Of a DNA stretch of 64,000 nt, positions 61,631 to 64,000 are shown in pieces (the first letter of the stretch is position 1; every line of letters starts with the position of its first letter). Position numbers and translations under genes: made by a program. Location of the stretch: positions 62,001 through 126,000 of the forward strand of contig JAQGDQ010000597.1 of the NCBI GenBank assembly GCA_030141605.1. Reading direction: 5' to 3'. The notes below the pieces were generated by a model. It ran no database searches. It had not been told where the DNA came from and saw nothing but the letters and a program-made list of their open reading frames with translations. The stretch is from Tubiluchus corallicola. Its lineage: Eukaryota > Animalia > Priapulida.

Positions 61631-61680
61631 AATACCGCTGATGATGACAGCAGTAGTTTTGTCGAAACGTCTGACATGAC
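61631..61680 (+). ncRNA. Hammerhead-ribozyme-like core of the Penelope/retrozyme type, probably degenerate
   Basis: CTGATGA-T-GACA(GCAGTAGTTT)TGTC-GAAAC-GTC. The core boxes and stem II are present; stem I pairing is poor. Confidence 0.5.
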
Positions 61681-63730
61681 ATTTAACTTTGCAAATTAAC
61701 AATTTTAATGAAGTTGTAGTGTTTCATCTATAATTGAAATATTTTATCTAAGATTAGGAACTTGAAACAAATTAGTTTGAAAATTCACATTTTAACAAAT
61801 ATATGAAAATTTTGCGTTGTAGATCGTGGTAGATTGTGTCGTTTGCGTTTTATTTGTTCATATTGATCAAAATAATGAATTTGTAATTAACTGTAATTGT
61901 ATTATTAATTATGATGCGTGATCATCAAGGTTTTTATACATCGAAGACGTGCAAATGCCTATTGTAAAAGTTTCAATTTTTCTACACGTACTTTTTGTAG
62001 GTGATAATTAATTATGTTATGTTATACTATCTAGATTTATAATATTGCTAATGTTGAGTGCGCATTTCATTCATTCATTCAAGTGTTATAGACCACAAGA
62101 TCATTCATAATTTAACACATCTATAGGTCAGTACGCTTGTCTGCATTTTTACAGAGATAGTCAGATTTACTTTAGGTGCTGTTCCGAACCACGTCACAAA
62201 GTGCTTAGCTGTTAATGTCTTATACAAGAGTCACTACGTAGAAGTTCGCGTATCGATTGATTCATTATTTGTAGCCTGGATTCGTTTAGGGAGCCGAAGT
62301 GGCATAAAATCTGGTTATTTTTGGCAGTACAGGGCGGGTTGCGTTGAGTGAAAGTAGAAGACGCATGCCCTCCTGGCTTAGTTGCATTTTGAAACTGTGC
62401 TAGGCCACAATTTTCAGTTTTTCACTGTTACATATAAATATAAAAAAGAAAAACATTGCGGTAGCAATGTCTGTTTCTAAACTTTTACAGCTGTTAACTG
62501 ATTCTGTGTAACTGTGACAATCTGGGATGCGGGAATACAGTGCAATTTGGGAAAGTTCAGAGACACAATACAAGCTGGGTCTAGATATGTATTTTTTTTT
62601 TGGTGTTGGTCGACCCTGTCTGTAAAAGTTTATGAATGTCTTGAATCGAGTGGTTCAAGTATTCCTGGTAATGAGAGAGCAAACTGACAGTATTTGATTT
62701 CCAGATACCTGTAATCTTCTGGGTATTACCTGCCGAACTGAGCTGAAGCTCATGTCGCTGGAAGCAAAAGAAGCCATTGAAATATTGTATCCATGTTCAA
62801 ATTGCCTTGGAATAAAACTCGATACGAAAAAAACGGCATAAAATAAGATTATTTCTGCTAATTTTGATAGCATTCGATTGATTAAATTTTGCGTTGTTAA
62901 ACTGCACCACTATTTTGGCAATTGTACAAAATTGTGTTTTTTATTATTCTAAACTTAATATCTCTTTCCAACTTTATGAAAACGAATCAGTGCTTTCTGA
63001 GAAAGGAACGAACTGAACTTTTGACCCATTTTTAAATTTGCATTCACAGTCCTGGGCAGTGTATGTCCCTCTTGGAACGCAGTTAATGGTGCCACAGTCA
63101 TTTTACTAGCAGCCTGCATGCATCATCAATTTTATACACATTAATCAACAACACAGCAAGGCTAGGTAAACATACCACGTTTATAGTCTGACTCAACAAC
63201 ATTATCGAATTGATCACATAACTGTCAGCAAATGCGTTACATGAGGAAACATCAGCAGTAATAATAACGTACGGGGTAAACGCAACGGTCATAAACATAG
63301 TTAATAATTTCTCTTTAATAATGCGACATGGCCGTGAGTGCATGTGAGTGTATATGTGTGTGTGTAGTTTGTGTACAGTCTGTCAGTCAGTTGGCATACT
63401 GGATATTATTGGTTTTGACACACGCATTCATACGACATCTGTAGAAACATTACGATCGGATGACGATGTAAAGTCAATATGAATGTAGCGCTTTGGTCGC
63501 ACTAAGAAGGGTTGGAATGTCTCTTTGACTCGGTCATCTAATCAGAAGCTGTCGAAATTTGCGTGACAGGAAAGATTCAGTTTTAACGCAGAGTTCTGGG
63601 CTGCCTGCTGTTATTTTGTGTTAGAGATCTGCTTTTAAAGGACGAGTTGCTTAGAATATTGGATTAATTTTACTATTATCACTTAAAAATAGAAAAAATA
63701 TAACGGACACATTTGCCAAAAATTGTCTAT

Positions 63731-63741
63731 AAAACATAAAG

Positions 63742-63782
<41 letters not shown>

Positions 63783-63791
63783 ATAAAGTTA

Positions 63792-63830
<39 letters not shown>
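63731..63830. repeat. Two (TA)n runs in a tandem duplication of AAACATAAAGTTA-(TA)n
   Basis: Read directly. Confidence 0.9.
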
Positions 63831-63831
<1 letters not shown>

Positions 63832-63864
63832 GCTACTGTTGTCCAAGAAACACAGTCGCAGTGG

Positions 63865-63978
63865 TAGCAGCCATTCACTTGACTATTATGACGTAACTGG
63901 TGGAGTTCGTGTCTTTTCGTAAGAGCATCGAAGCATTCTGTAAGCACGCGTTGCTTAAACTAATTCAAACTTCTGCAG
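63865..63978 (+). repeat. Dispersed repeat, copy of 60186-60300
   Basis: Same match as for 60186-60300. Confidence 0.85.
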
Positions 63979-64000
63979 CTTACCTAATGTTTGTGCAGGA

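Overview
AT-rich, intron-rich metazoan (probably invertebrate) genomic DNA; there is no prokaryotic operon or CRISPR array. Two host genes were reconstructed by hand and sit head to head. On the + strand is a 10-exon NitFhit fusion gene (nitrilase plus Fhit/HIT hydrolase, CDS 30601-39338, 465 aa). It carries two minor-spliceosome (U12-type) introns and a probable mitochondrial presequence ahead of a second ATG. On the - strand is a 7-coding-exon gene resembling RNA polymerase I subunit A34.5/POLR1G (19605-27208, 535 aa), whose Lys-rich tail is attached through a GC-AG intron. A young BEL/Pao LTR retrotransposon (39771-46150, LTRs identical by eye, one frameshift, tRNA-iMet-like PBS) lies just downstream of NitFhit, followed by an assembly gap and a 1-kb (TAG)n compound microsatellite. 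The rest holds RTE-like LINE fragments, Helitron termini including a head-to-tail junction, a Gmr1-type (integrase-before-RNase H) Gypsy fragment, a spliced SWIM/MULE transposase relic, MITE-like and hairpin elements, a Penelope-type hammerhead core, and a candidate first exon of an unidentified - strand gene near 18.2 kb. All calls come from manual reading; no database search was run.
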